Below are positions 50,748 through 60,229 of a stretch of DNA of 64,000 nt, piece after piece. Both the position numbers and the translations under genes were made by a program. The notes beneath the pieces are model-generated. The model searched no databases. It saw nothing but the letters and a program-made list of their open reading frames with translations, and had not been told where the DNA came from. Where the stretch lies: the IMG/VR virus record IMGVR_UViG_3300027987_000382, positions 82,840 to 146,839 of that record. One strand, 5' to 3'. Position 1 is the stretch's first letter, and each line of letters begins with the position of its first letter. Source of the DNA: a virus.

Positions 50748-51503
50748 TCAGGACCAGCGGTCGGCGTCGGTCGCACCGACGAGGTAGTCGGGGTTCTCGG
50801 AGAGAACCTCACGCGTCCGAGCCGCGTTCGGGTAGTCCACGCCGTAGTTGTCGGCACAGGTCTTGCCGCAACCGGCGATCTTCGATTGGACCTGCTCCAG
50901 CTTCGCGTTGCAGTAGCAGCAGTGGCCGGACTGACGCCCGATCTCGGAGATTACGCGGGCTGGGTCGGCTGCAACACGCTGCAGAATCTCGACGACCGAG
51001 GTCCCCGCGACGGACGATCGCGGCTCGAACACGTCCCCGCCGATGTAGCCGTAGAACGCACCTTCGCCGAATCGGGTGGATTGGCTGACGCCGACCGTTC
51101 CCGGTCGCTTGCCGCCTGTGTTGAGCTTGAGAACGACCGTCTGTTCGTTCGGCTCGTCACCGACCGTGAGGACGATCACGGGACGCTTGAGCGTCTGCGT
51201 GGCCGTCTGCATGTGCAGCAGGATCGACTGCATGCCGGGCACGTTCGTGCACGCGTCGCGATTTCCTGCTTGGAAACGCTCTGGGTGGTCCACCTTGGCG
51301 ACGTAGAACGCGGCCCAACTCTCGTGGTACGGCTTCCACGAGCCGTAACGCTGGAAGCCAGCGACCAAGCGTGTGGGGTGGTCGCCCACGATTTCCTGCT
51401 TGGAAATGAGGGCACGCAGGCGGTCGTACAACGCCCGCTGGTTTGGGTGATTGCTCTCGAACGTGCACTCGCCGTGTCGCGAGTTGATGGTGAATTGTGG
51501 CAT
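50748..51503 (-). CDS. DUF6011-like Zn-finger protein
   Basis: GRQSGHCCYCNAKL....S...G.G..CA. Confidence 0.8.
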   Translation of the reverse strand: MPQFTINSRHGECTFESNHPNQRALYDRLRALISKQEIVGDHPTRLVAGFQRYGSWKPYHESWAAFYVAKVDHPERFQAGNRDACTNVPGMQSILLHMQTATQTLKRPVIVLTVGDEPNEQTVVLKLNTGGKRPGTVGVSQSTRFGEGAFYGYIGGDVFEPRSSVAGTSVVEILQRVAADPARVISEIGRQSGHCCYCNAKLEQVQSKIAGCGKTCADNYGVDYPNAARTREVLSENPDYLVGATDADRWS

Positions 51504-51574
51504 CCTCGTACTCCTGCGATTTCCTGCCGGGAAAGGGGGGTGAATGGGATTCGGGGGAATCCCGCCTAGGTCCC

Positions 51575-51600
51575 TGTTGCGAGGGGAATCCCCCCGTTAA
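51575..51600 (-). promoter_or_regulatory. Promoter motif copy
   Basis: 25/26 identical to 50065-50090. Confidence 0.7.
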
Positions 51601-51812
51601 TCGAGCCAGCCGAATCTGCTGTCGAACATGAAGACGCCGATGGTGACGCTCTGCTCGTCCGACTTGACGTCGAGTTCGTCGACGGTCTCATTCGGTCCGG
51701 GGTTTCCGTCCTCGTCGGTGCTGGTAACAGCGTCTTTGCTGCACTGGATGGAGAGGGTGACCGGCAGGTCCGGTCCGGCGAGCAGCTGTCGTGCGAGATC
51801 GTGTGCTTTCAT
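51597..51812 (-). CDS. Small hypothetical protein
   Basis: MKAHDLARQLLAGPDLPV. Confidence 0.6.
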   Translation of the reverse strand: MKAHDLARQLLAGPDLPVTLSIQCSKDAVTSTDEDGNPGPNETVDELDVKSDEQSVTIGVFMFDSRFGWLD

Positions 51813-51899
51813 GGTGACCGTGTGTTGCAAAAGAGAGGAGCGGAGAAAATGAAGCCCCTCCCCGCCCCTTGCGGGGCGGTTCGGGGCGTTCGGGTGCGA

Positions 51900-52166
51900 C
51901 TAGCTCTCGTCGCTGTCGTCGCCGCTCTCGTCGGTCTTCGCGGCTTTCGCCTTGACCGGCGGCTCCTCGATGATGACGTCCTCGACCTCGACGCCCGCTG
52001 CGTCGGCGATCAGGCCCTTGTGTGCCCGGCGGAGTCGCAAGGCGAGCAGGGTGCGGGCCTCGTCCTCGGTGATGGGCGGCTCGCTGTCGGTCGCGTTGCC
52101 GTTGATCGTGGCGGCGACCGAGAGCACCATGGTCTGGACGAGGAAGGCGAGCTGCTTCTTGTTCAT
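51900..52166 (-). CDS. Small helical protein, MNKKQLA paralog 2
   Basis: GGAG RBS; promoter 52228-52253. Confidence 0.75.
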   Translation of the reverse strand: MNKKQLAFLVQTMVLSVAATINGNATDSEPPITEDEARTLLALRLRRAHKGLIADAAGVEVEDVIIEEPPVKAKAAKTDESGDDSDES

Positions 52167-52291
52167 GTCGTGTTCTCCCGAACGAGTCGTGTGGGGCGTG
52201 GCGGAAGTCGCCTCCCCGATACCCACCTGTTGCCGACCGACAGACGGCGTAAAATCCGGGGGATTCAGACCGGCAGGAGAGCCGAGACGCG

Positions 52292-52663
52292 TCAAGACGC
52301 GTCGGAATTGACCGGGGTTCGCCACTTGGCAACAGCTGTTTTGCGGGTCGGCGGCTCGTCACCGAGCATCGCGACAACCTCGCCGACCAGTTGATCCCGG
52401 TTGTTCAGCCCGATGGAGAAGTGAAGATGGGCGATCTGCTTCACACCCGGCTTGATTTCACGAGTGACGGCGACGTGCAACACCTCGCTGTTGTGAGGGC
52501 GATCGAGCATCGCGGCGGTCTCTGACGCGTCCACCTCGAGCATCGGGTGGTTCGGACTCAGGACGAGTTCCAGGGTGTCCGGCACGGTTTGCTCGTTCCA
52601 CTTGGGCGTGGTGCGGGCGACCGGATCGCTGATTCGGGCTTTGCGGTACAGTGAGAGTTTCAT
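52292..52663 (-). CDS. Hypothetical protein
   Basis: 123 aa from ATG 52663. Confidence 0.55.
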   Translation of the reverse strand: MKLSLYRKARISDPVARTTPKWNEQTVPDTLELVLSPNHPMLEVDASETAAMLDRPHNSEVLHVAVTREIKPGVKQIAHLHFSIGLNNRDQLVGEVVAMLGDEPPTRKTAVAKWRTPVNSDAS

Positions 52664-52691
52664 GGTCCCTGGTCCTGTGCTGAGTGTTCCT

Positions 52692-52733
52692 AAGAAAAGC
52701 GGCCCGCCCTCAGCCGTTGCGAGAGCGGGCCGC
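52692..52733 (-). terminator. Intrinsic terminator
   Basis: GCGGCCCGC/GCGGGCCGC stem followed by T tract on minus strand. Confidence 0.6.
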
Positions 52734-53272
52734 GTGTGCCCGTTCGTCCGGGGCGTCACTCCCGGCTTAACGACGCGTCGAGCTAGCCGTACCCAGAATG
52801 CTTCTGCAGGACGATGCCTACCGGACCGGCGAGCTTCACGAGCCGCGTCCGTAATCTGGGCGATCCCGCTCTTTGCCACGGAAGCTGTCGGGACGGGCAG
52901 CCCGTCCAGCCGACGTAGGCGGCGATCGCGATGATGAGAATGAGTCCGTACACGTCTGCGATTTCCTCACTGGAAAGCGTGGGATGGTGAATGGCGGGGC
53001 ATCACCGCCGACTGGCTTGGGTCGTGTTCGATGCCGCCAGCTAGCGTGTGTCGCGGCGGGACGCCCCGCATGCTCGTGTGTGGCCTAACGCTTCATCGTG
53101 TGTCCTCCAATGCGTGTGACTCGCGATTTCCTCACTGGAAAGCGGGGCGACCAATGGCGATCGTGGCTTGTGTTACCCTCGGCCACCAGCCGCCCCTTGC
53201 CCCCATATGTTGCGAGCCGGGGTGGGCGGTTAAATCCGACCGCCCATGCCCCCGATTTCCGCACAGGAAACC

Positions 53273-53644
53273 CTAGAAGGGTACCTCGTCGTCCCACAGG
53301 ACGCCACCGGAGCAGAGCGTGTCGCCGTCCTCGTCGACGAGGATCGTCCCGGCCGTCTCGTCGTCGTGGTGCCGCTCACTGACGATCCGGCAGAGCGTCT
53401 CATCTTCCGGCTGGCACCAGTCCGGATCGAACGCGTCCTCGAACAACTCTGGATCGAGGGGAGCCAGCTCGTCGGGGAAGGCGGACGCCATTTCGCGTCC
53501 GAACGCGTCGTAGCAGTGTTCGTGCATCAGTGATCCCCCATAGTTGACCGTTTTACCGGTCGCGGGCTTGTCGCAATAGGGGCAGTCGGGAGTCACTGTC
53601 TCCGGTCTGCCGTTTTCGTCCGTCCTTGTCGCAAGTGCTGTCAT
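53273..53644 (-). CDS. Acidic Zn-binding hypothetical protein
   Basis: CPYC...H..C, ends DEVPF; promoter 53695-53721. Confidence 0.6.
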   Translation of the reverse strand: MTALATRTDENGRPETVTPDCPYCDKPATGKTVNYGGSLMHEHCYDAFGREMASAFPDELAPLDPELFEDAFDPDWCQPEDETLCRIVSERHHDDETAGTILVDEDGDTLCSGGVLWDDEVPF

Positions 53645-53747
53645 GCCGAAAGTCTCCTGTGCCGTGTTGGCGGGGCCAATTCCCCGCATAGTCTTGTTAC
53701 GGCAATCCCCCACCCCGTTAAACACGGAGCGGGGGATTCCTAAGACA

Positions 53748-53777
53748 GTGCCGGGCACCCTTGCGGGTGCCCGGCAT
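53748..53777. terminator. Strong hairpin after the 53790 gene
   Basis: TGCCGGGCACCC-TTGC-GGGTGCCCGGCA. Confidence 0.6.
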
Positions 53778-53789
53778 CGGCTGCTGCGA

Positions 53790-55022
53790 CTAGCCGCTGT
53801 AGTCACTTCCGGTCATGTTCGCCTTGACCTTCGCGTCGATGTGGAAGTCGGCGAAGTCCTCGAACTTCTCCCGCGTCCCTTCCATGTCGTACTCGGCCGA
53901 GATGAGCGTCCCGACCCACGCGTTCAGCATGCGAGCCGACGTCGGCTCCGAGTAGTGGGTGGCGACCTCGGTCGCGAAGTTGATGGCATCGTAGACCGTG
54001 CACCGGACCGGGAGCGTCCGCTGACGCTTGATGCTGAGAGCATCGAGGTTCGCCAGTCCGTACAGGTGGTTGGTGTCGCCGGTCATCCGGTGGAACGCGG
54101 AGACGATCGGGGAGCCGATCCCCGCCGACTCGTCGTCCAAGTCGGTCTGCGAGACGCCCGCATTCCGGGAATCCTGCAGCCACTCGGTGATGCGGTTGCC
54201 GCGAGCCAGCTGCTTGTCGACGCCGATCAGCCCCTTGTTGTTGTGGAGCTTGATGATCAGCTTGTACAGCTGCGTGGACTCGTTGACGCTGCACCACGAC
54301 TCGGTGGCCGACTCCATTCGCTGCCGGAGAGCCGCGAAGCCCTCGTCGTTGCCGAATCCGTCGAGGGCACGCGTGATCGTCGGCATCACGTCGTCCGCAC
54401 CCTTCCCCAGATTCAGGGACGAGCGGAACGCCTTGGCGTAGCCGATCATGCCGTTCGCACAGATTTGGCGGAGCAGCGAGAGGTAGAAGTTCGGCGTGCC
54501 GTAACCGTCGATCGGCGTGGCCATGACGAACCGGTTCGAGAACGTGTCACCGCAAATGTCGAAGTTCGCGGCTCCGACTCGCGGGGCGTGCGTCGAGTAG
54601 ACCTCGCCGTTGGCGTAGTCGATCGACTGGCCGTTGTACCGATCGAGCGACTCCATCAACTCGTCGTGCTGCACGATCGGCTTGGTGGGATTGCTGACGG
54701 CCATCAGCGTGCTCGTCAGCTTGCCGTTCTCGTCGGTCCGCCGCTCGATGCAGAGCCGCATCCGGTCGGCCTGCTCCACGTTCGAAATCCGCTCGAACGT
54801 CTCGGCGTGGGTGAAGTACTTGAAGAACGCCTTGTTGAACCCGTAGCGGGCGAACAGGGACGTCCAGAAGCGATCGGACGGCTCGAGCGGCTCATCCTTC
54901 ACGATGACGCTCTTCACGATCGGCCGACCGCTCTTCGGATCGCTCTCCGACTCCACGACCAGATCGTTGATCGGCAGGAAGTCGTAGTCGAACCGGACGG
55001 AACTGGGTGTCGCAGCAACCAT
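53790..55022 (-). CDS. DUF932-like protein
   Basis: LLRQICANGM; TVYDAINFATE..TH; promoter 55083-55108. Confidence 0.7.
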   Translation of the reverse strand: MVAATPSSVRFDYDFLPINDLVVESESDPKSGRPIVKSVIVKDEPLEPSDRFWTSLFARYGFNKAFFKYFTHAETFERISNVEQADRMRLCIERRTDENGKLTSTLMAVSNPTKPIVQHDELMESLDRYNGQSIDYANGEVYSTHAPRVGAANFDICGDTFSNRFVMATPIDGYGTPNFYLSLLRQICANGMIGYAKAFRSSLNLGKGADDVMPTITRALDGFGNDEGFAALRQRMESATESWCSVNESTQLYKLIIKLHNNKGLIGVDKQLARGNRITEWLQDSRNAGVSQTDLDDESAGIGSPIVSAFHRMTGDTNHLYGLANLDALSIKRQRTLPVRCTVYDAINFATEVATHYSEPTSARMLNAWVGTLISAEYDMEGTREKFEDFADFHIDAKVKANMTGSDYSG

Positions 55023-55132
55023 GTCTCGTATCTCCAAAAAAGTGGGTGGAAGTGTCACCGGGGCCAATCCCCGATACTCCCCTGTTGCCAGTCCGCAGAC
55101 CGGGTAAAATCCGGGGGATTGGTCGCTGGAGA

Positions 55133-55198
55133 CCCTCCCCCATACCCTCTCCTATCTTCAAATACGTCGAGATCGACGAGAGAGGGTATGGGGGAGGG
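55133..55198. repeat. Perfect 19-bp inverted repeat with nested hairpin
   Basis: CCCTCCCCCATACCCTCTC / GAGAGGGTATGGGGGAGGG. Confidence 0.9.
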
Positions 55199-55247
55199 GC
55201 GAGCCGCCGAATTCGACAGTGACGGCTCGCCCCCAGCACAGGAAGCT

Positions 55248-56468
55248 CTAGAACCGGACGCGTCGCGGACGACCCGCCTTCGCACGATCAGTGACGAATT
55301 TCGGCATCGTCACTTCCGTCGTCGCAATGGCGACTCTCGCCCGATTGTTGATCTCCTGCAGATGCGGATTCACGGTCAACGACCGCCACTCGTCATTCTG
55401 CCAGAGATACTGCTGCTCCGGCATCGCAGTCCGAATCATCGGCCACTTCGTCGCCTTCGACTGGACCACCTGCTTGAACGGCAGAGTCGGGAACTGTCGG
55501 AACACCCGACCGGCCATCTGCATCGTCGGACCCTTGCTGGAATCCCGGACCCACACCGTCTTGAGGCTAGGATCATCGAAACCCTCGGTCAGCACCATGC
55601 AGTTGATCAGCTTGTCCGTCTCACCATTGAGATAAGCCGCCAGCTGCCGCTCCCGGTCACTGTCACCATCCACAATCGGATCGAACGTAGCCATCGCGAT
55701 CGAATCCCGATCACGGCAAGCCCGCTGATACCGCTCGAAATAGCCGCGACGGATCAAAGCATCCCGCAGCAACTGGCACTCATCCTTCGTGAGGAAGTAG
55801 AAGATCGAGCGTCCCCACTTCTCCGGATCGGAGCAGTAGAAATCCGCGACCGTCTCCGCATTCCACTTCGGCAGCGAATAGTGGTGATAACGGGACAGGT
55901 AGCCGTCCTGAATCAGCTGGTGAATCCCCGCATCCTTCACGACGCGATCGAAGCACAGCTTCACCCGGTCTTGGCGGAAGGGAGTCGCGGTGAGTCCGAG
56001 GATCAGATTCGGCTCGATGATGTTGTGCAGGTGAGCCATCGAGTTCGCAGCGTCGTGCTGAGCCTCATCGACGACCATCAGAATCGGCTTGCCGTCCTGA
56101 CGGGCTTGGACGAGATTCTCGGGATTCTTCTCGAACATCGACGTGAACTGGATGCCCGGAATCTTGATGCCGAGCGTATCGTTGGCACGAGCCGCCTGAC
56201 GGAGCAGATCGCGTCGCATCGCGACCCAACCGATCGTCAAATCCGGCATCTGGCTCTTGAGAAGAGCACACGTGACGAAGCCCATCACCGTCTTTCCGCT
56301 GCCGGTGGGACTCTCGATCATCACCGAACGGCACGCCTCAAGCACGGTGCCGTCCCCCTGCATGTACTCGCCACGAAACATGTCGTTGACTTTCGTGCAG
56401 ATCGTTGTCTGGTATGGTCGCGGTTCGATCTTCGTCCCCGCGATCACTGCTGAGATTCGCTTGCTCAT
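55248..56468 (-). CDS. SF2 DExH helicase (ResIII/UvsW-like)
   Basis: RPYQ, SPTGSGKT, VDEAQH, GLTATP.R, LTEGFD.P, QMAGRV.R; promoter 56525-56550. Confidence 0.93.
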   Translation of the reverse strand: MSKRISAVIAGTKIEPRPYQTTICTKVNDMFRGEYMQGDGTVLEACRSVMIESPTGSGKTVMGFVTCALLKSQMPDLTIGWVAMRRDLLRQAARANDTLGIKIPGIQFTSMFEKNPENLVQARQDGKPILMVVDEAQHDAANSMAHLHNIIEPNLILGLTATPFRQDRVKLCFDRVVKDAGIHQLIQDGYLSRYHHYSLPKWNAETVADFYCSDPEKWGRSIFYFLTKDECQLLRDALIRRGYFERYQRACRDRDSIAMATFDPIVDGDSDRERQLAAYLNGETDKLINCMVLTEGFDDPSLKTVWVRDSSKGPTMQMAGRVFRQFPTLPFKQVVQSKATKWPMIRTAMPEQQYLWQNDEWRSLTVNPHLQEINNRARVAIATTEVTMPKFVTDRAKAGRPRRVRF

Positions 56469-56613
56469 GATAACTCCTGTGCTGTCGAGATTTGTCCGAG
56501 GGGCTGTCGTCCCCTACACTCTCCTGTTACGAGCAGCGAATCCGGGTTAATGCTGACCCTCAAATACGCCGCAGGCCGAAGGGGATTCCCAGAATCCCCT
56601 CCGACCGTTAACG

Positions 56614-58104
56614 TCACTTCCACGCCCAATTGAAATCCTTCCGGTGATCCATCACCTTCGCAAACAGATCGGTCAGCTTCCCGGCGTACGCCTCATCGTG
56701 GACATCAAATCCCAGACCGTGAGCGAACTCGTGAACCGCCACCGACAGGATTCGATTCCGCTCGGTCAGCTGGAATCGCCGCTTCCACGACCGGCTGTTC
56801 GAATTCTGCTGCTCCACCAGACTCGCCGGAGCGATCAAATAGGTCCGCCCAAACCGTCCATCCTCGAACTGAGCTTCATCCTCTTCCGAGAACAGGAAGC
56901 CAATCGCGAAATCCGCGTCGTGGTCGAACGTTCGGTGCAGCTGCAGCATCACCCGTCCCCAAATCCGGGCCAGCTTCTGGCTGTAGCTGGAGAAGTCCGG
57001 CTCGTCCGGCCGATAGTAGGTGGGAATCACCAGATCGGTTTCGTTCTTGATCACGAATTCCTCGCTCACCGCAACCCGAACCTCCTCGACGGGAGCCATC
57101 GGAGCGTAGGCTGCCGCCTTCTGTCGCGGACGATCCACGTGTTCCTCGTGGTACTCGGTGGTACCGGTCTGTTCCTCGTGGTCCTCGACCAGATCGATCA
57201 GGACCGACTCGTCCTCGACCGGCTCCGGCTTCTCAATCTGGAGGATTGCCGACGTCTTGACCTCTCGAGCCGAGCGATGGCAGAGCCGCGAGCCGTCATA
57301 GTGGCGGTAACGCTCCTGACGGGGCTTGAGAGCCGATCGCTTGTCGACGGACAACTCGGTGACGAATGTGTCCAATTCCTGCCGCTTCGACCACTTCAAG
57401 CCGTCCCGGTTCGACTGGAGGCATTCCAGGGAGTCTTCGCTCAACTCGACCACGACGCATCGGTCCAACCCGCAGTCGCGGATGAACATCGGCTGTCCGT
57501 TGATCCGGACGACCATCTTGTACTTGGTCGACTTGTTGGTGTAGACGGTGCCGAATCCGAGATCGCGTCGCGGCGATCCCTTCCGCATGTCCGCCTTGTG
57601 GGATTCGCCGTTCCAGTAGAATGTCCCGGACCATTGGCCGTAGAGGACGAACTGGTCGAAAGCCCGCTTGAGAGCCACTTCGTGCTCGCCGTCAATGACG
57701 ATTGTGGACGACGTCCCGCGAGTGTAGCCGTTGTCGACGAGATCGTAGTCGCCGCCGCGTCCCTTGACGCACAGCTCGCCGGAGTGAATCTCATAGGATT
57801 CGTGGCAGAAGTAGAGGATCTCTTTGGCTTTGCCGAATCCGCCGGTGTTCCCTTCCCGCTCGTCCTTGCCGGACGATCCGAGGGAGAGCAGCTTGCCGAT
57901 CAGGACCTCTTCGGTCATTGGCGAGCCGTCATTGGTGACGGTGACGATCGTCTGGCCGTTCTCGATGGCGACGGTCCATTGGATGGTGCGTGAGTCGCAG
58001 TCCATGCCGTTCTGGTTGAACTCGCGGACGATCGCCCAATGCCAGTCGTTGTAGTCGTTCTTGGCTTTGGCGAAGAATTCGGGGCCGATGCTGATTTGCG
58101 GCAT
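56614..58104 (-). CDS. GHKL (HATPase_c) ATPase with C-terminal HExxH motif
   Basis: REFNQNGMD, NDG.PM, GGFG.AK, GT; VHEFAH...H; promoter 58159-58185. Confidence 0.8.
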   Translation of the reverse strand: MPQISIGPEFFAKAKNDYNDWHWAIVREFNQNGMDCDSRTIQWTVAIENGQTIVTVTNDGSPMTEEVLIGKLLSLGSSGKDEREGNTGGFGKAKEILYFCHESYEIHSGELCVKGRGGDYDLVDNGYTRGTSSTIVIDGEHEVALKRAFDQFVLYGQWSGTFYWNGESHKADMRKGSPRRDLGFGTVYTNKSTKYKMVVRINGQPMFIRDCGLDRCVVVELSEDSLECLQSNRDGLKWSKRQELDTFVTELSVDKRSALKPRQERYRHYDGSRLCHRSAREVKTSAILQIEKPEPVEDESVLIDLVEDHEEQTGTTEYHEEHVDRPRQKAAAYAPMAPVEEVRVAVSEEFVIKNETDLVIPTYYRPDEPDFSSYSQKLARIWGRVMLQLHRTFDHDADFAIGFLFSEEDEAQFEDGRFGRTYLIAPASLVEQQNSNSRSWKRRFQLTERNRILSVAVHEFAHGLGFDVHDEAYAGKLTDLFAKVMDHRKDFNWAWK

Positions 58105-58262
58105 GTTGGGCGTCCTGTGCTGGAGGAAAGAATGGGGCTGTCGTCCCCGATACTCTCCTGTTGCGAATCCCCCTTAGCCGGTAAATCTGGGGTACCTGAT
58201 ACGCGAACGGCCCGCCAGATTTCTCTGACGGGCCGTCGCTGTTCGCACTGGTCTGCGGCGAA

Positions 58263-58934
58263 TCAGACCTTCACGTACTGCACGCAACCGGAGCCGATCG
58301 CCTCGCAGACTTGCCGCATCTTCCCGGCGTTCTTCCCGGCGATCAGGGCGAGCCGCTGGAGCACTCCCGGACGGTAGGACCGCTTCACTTCCGCGTCGAG
58401 CAGAGCGTCGGCCTCTTCGTCGTTGATGGTGCCGGTCTCGGTCAACTCAGCCATCGCGGCTTCGATGTGCTTGCCGAGAATGTCCATCACGCCGTCCTTC
58501 GACAGAACGGAGCGGTCGAAACCGAAGACCGTCTCTTCGTAGACCAGCTCGTTCGCACCGTCCTCGCCGAGCAGCTGCGTGAGAGCAGCCAGCGAGTCGT
58601 CTTTCACGCCGTATTGGTTTCGCTCCTGAACCACGAAGGTGACGTTCTCACCCTCGCTGTTCTGGACCTTCATCGGCGTCTCCGGGAACACGCCGCTGTC
58701 GGCGTACTGCTGGTAGAACGAGTCCTTCGCGAAGTTGAGAACGACCGTCTTGTGGACGCCCATCTTGGCGTTGATCGCCTTCACCTGAGCGTTCAACTCG
58801 GTCAACTCGTGCACGGACTTCGCCACCTTGTCGGCATCCGGATTACCGACCGCCCACAACGTCTGCTTCTTCGCGGGTTTCGTCGACGCCGACTTCTCCG
58901 CCTTCTTCGCCGCAGCTTTCGCAAACACGCTCAT
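58263..58934 (-). CDS. Hypothetical protein
   Basis: GGAGG RBS; promoter 58999-59024. Confidence 0.75.
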   Translation of the reverse strand: MSVFAKAAAKKAEKSASTKPAKKQTLWAVGNPDADKVAKSVHELTELNAQVKAINAKMGVHKTVVLNFAKDSFYQQYADSGVFPETPMKVQNSEGENVTFVVQERNQYGVKDDSLAALTQLLGEDGANELVYEETVFGFDRSVLSKDGVMDILGKHIEAAMAELTETGTINDEEADALLDAEVKRSYRPGVLQRLALIAGKNAGKMRQVCEAIGSGCVQYVKV

Positions 58935-59099
58935 GAGAGCACCTCCAAAAGGGAACATAGCTGTCGCTCGCGGCTCACACCGAGCCGCTTCCCCCGCGTG
59001 TTGCGAGACCGGACCTGCCGTAAAATCCGGGGTACCGACCGGCTGCCGCGACCATCCGGGAAAGACGAACGCGTGCGATTGCCGTACCGGGAACCCCCG

Positions 59100-59402
59100 T
59101 TAAATCGGCTCGTCCCAATCCCTCACAGGACCGGTGGTTGGCTTGGTTGCCGCTTCACACTCTGAAATACGGCACGCCATCACCCCTGATTCCTTCCGGA
59201 CGGTATTCCCACTCCCCTGCTCCAGAGCCACAACAAGATCACCCACAGTCCTACAACCGGGGTTCGCCTCCTTGAGCTTCTCGAGCACCTCATCATCATC
59301 GTAGAAATCGTCCATGTCCGCCTGAATGCTCACCACCTGCTCACCGCGTCTCACACGGATTTCAGGATGGTACGCAACAACCTTGCGACCTAGCTTTTCC
59401 AT
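59100..59402 (-). CDS. Hypothetical protein
   Basis: GGAG RBS. Confidence 0.55.
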   Translation of the reverse strand: MEKLGRKVVAYHPEIRVRRGEQVVSIQADMDDFYDDDEVLEKLKEANPGCRTVGDLVVALEQGSGNTVRKESGVMACRISECEAATKPTTGPVRDWDEPI

Positions 59403-59428
59403 TTACCAGACTCCCATATCCTGCAACA
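59402..59428 (+). promoter_or_regulatory. Promoter motif copy
   Basis: TTTAC-N16-GCAACA. Confidence 0.6.
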
Positions 59429-59470
59429 AAAAGGAGGAATCCCCATTCACGTATTTGAGGAACTGACAAC

Positions 59471-60175
59471 ATGCAACTGAAAGTCGAAAGCACCCGGTAC
59501 ATCTTTCCGCCACGGCCACAATCCGCGATGCCGTTCAACGACGTCGTATTCTTCACGGAAGTAGGCTGGGGCTGGCAGTACAAAGTCAACGACAGCCGAT
59601 GCGAGATCAAGTATCTACCAGATGGCAGCGTCGAACTCTGGAACCGACACGCCGAACGATTCCGATCCTACCACTGCCCAGACTGGCTCGAAGACCAACT
59701 CCTCGCAGTCCGCGACCAACTCGGTCTCAGCAGTTCCGAGTACCACCTGCTCGACGGCGGACTCTACGACCAGAAACACGCCGCGATCAAAGACACCATC
59801 GTGATCTGGGACATTCTGGTGCGAGACGGAATGCACCTGCTCGGCACCACCTACAAAGAACGATTCGACAGCATCGCCACCGGCACCACACCCTACAACT
59901 TCAGCCACGAAACCTACGAACACCCCATCCAATTCGGACTCTGCTACGAGGACACCCCCAACGTCTTCCACCTTGAATGGAACCCCTGCGGCGACCCACG
60001 CTCTTGTTGGGACATGGTACACGTCATCAACAAGCCATTCGACGCCAACAGCCCGCTGATCGAAGGAATGGTCTTCAAAGACCCAGACGGACGCCTCGAA
60101 ATGGGCATGAGCGAAAAGAACAACGAAAGTTGGCTCTGCCGGACCAGAGTCAAGACCGGACGTCACCCATTCTAA
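59471..60175 (+). CDS. ATP-dependent ligase/capping-type nucleotidyltransferase, adenylation domain only
   Basis: QYKVNDSR (I), LLDGGL (III), IWDIL (IIIa), EGMVFK (IV). Confidence 0.75.
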   Translation: MQLKVESTRYIFPPRPQSAMPFNDVVFFTEVGWGWQYKVNDSRCEIKYLPDGSVELWNRHAERFRSYHCPDWLEDQLLAVRDQLGLSSSEYHLLDGGLYDQKHAAIKDTIVIWDILVRDGMHLLGTTYKERFDSIATGTTPYNFSHETYEHPIQFGLCYEDTPNVFHLEWNPCGDPRSCWDMVHVINKPFDANSPLIEGMVFKDPDGRLEMGMSEKNNESWLCRTRVKTGRHPF

Positions 60176-60229
60176 CGGAGAACCTCACCACAACCGGGGA
60201 ACAATCCCCAAACCGAACAGGAGGACAAC

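Larger units (their letters stand above)
51259..53270. repeat. CGATTTCC-N5-GGAAA motif, 6 copies
   Basis: Starts 51259, 51389, 51517, 52959, 53124, 53253. Confidence 0.85.

Noticed and set aside
53643-57993. Long + strand ORFs (936 aa and 449 aa)
   Set aside because: Antisense shadows of GC-rich minus-strand genes that have clear motifs, RBSs and promoters.
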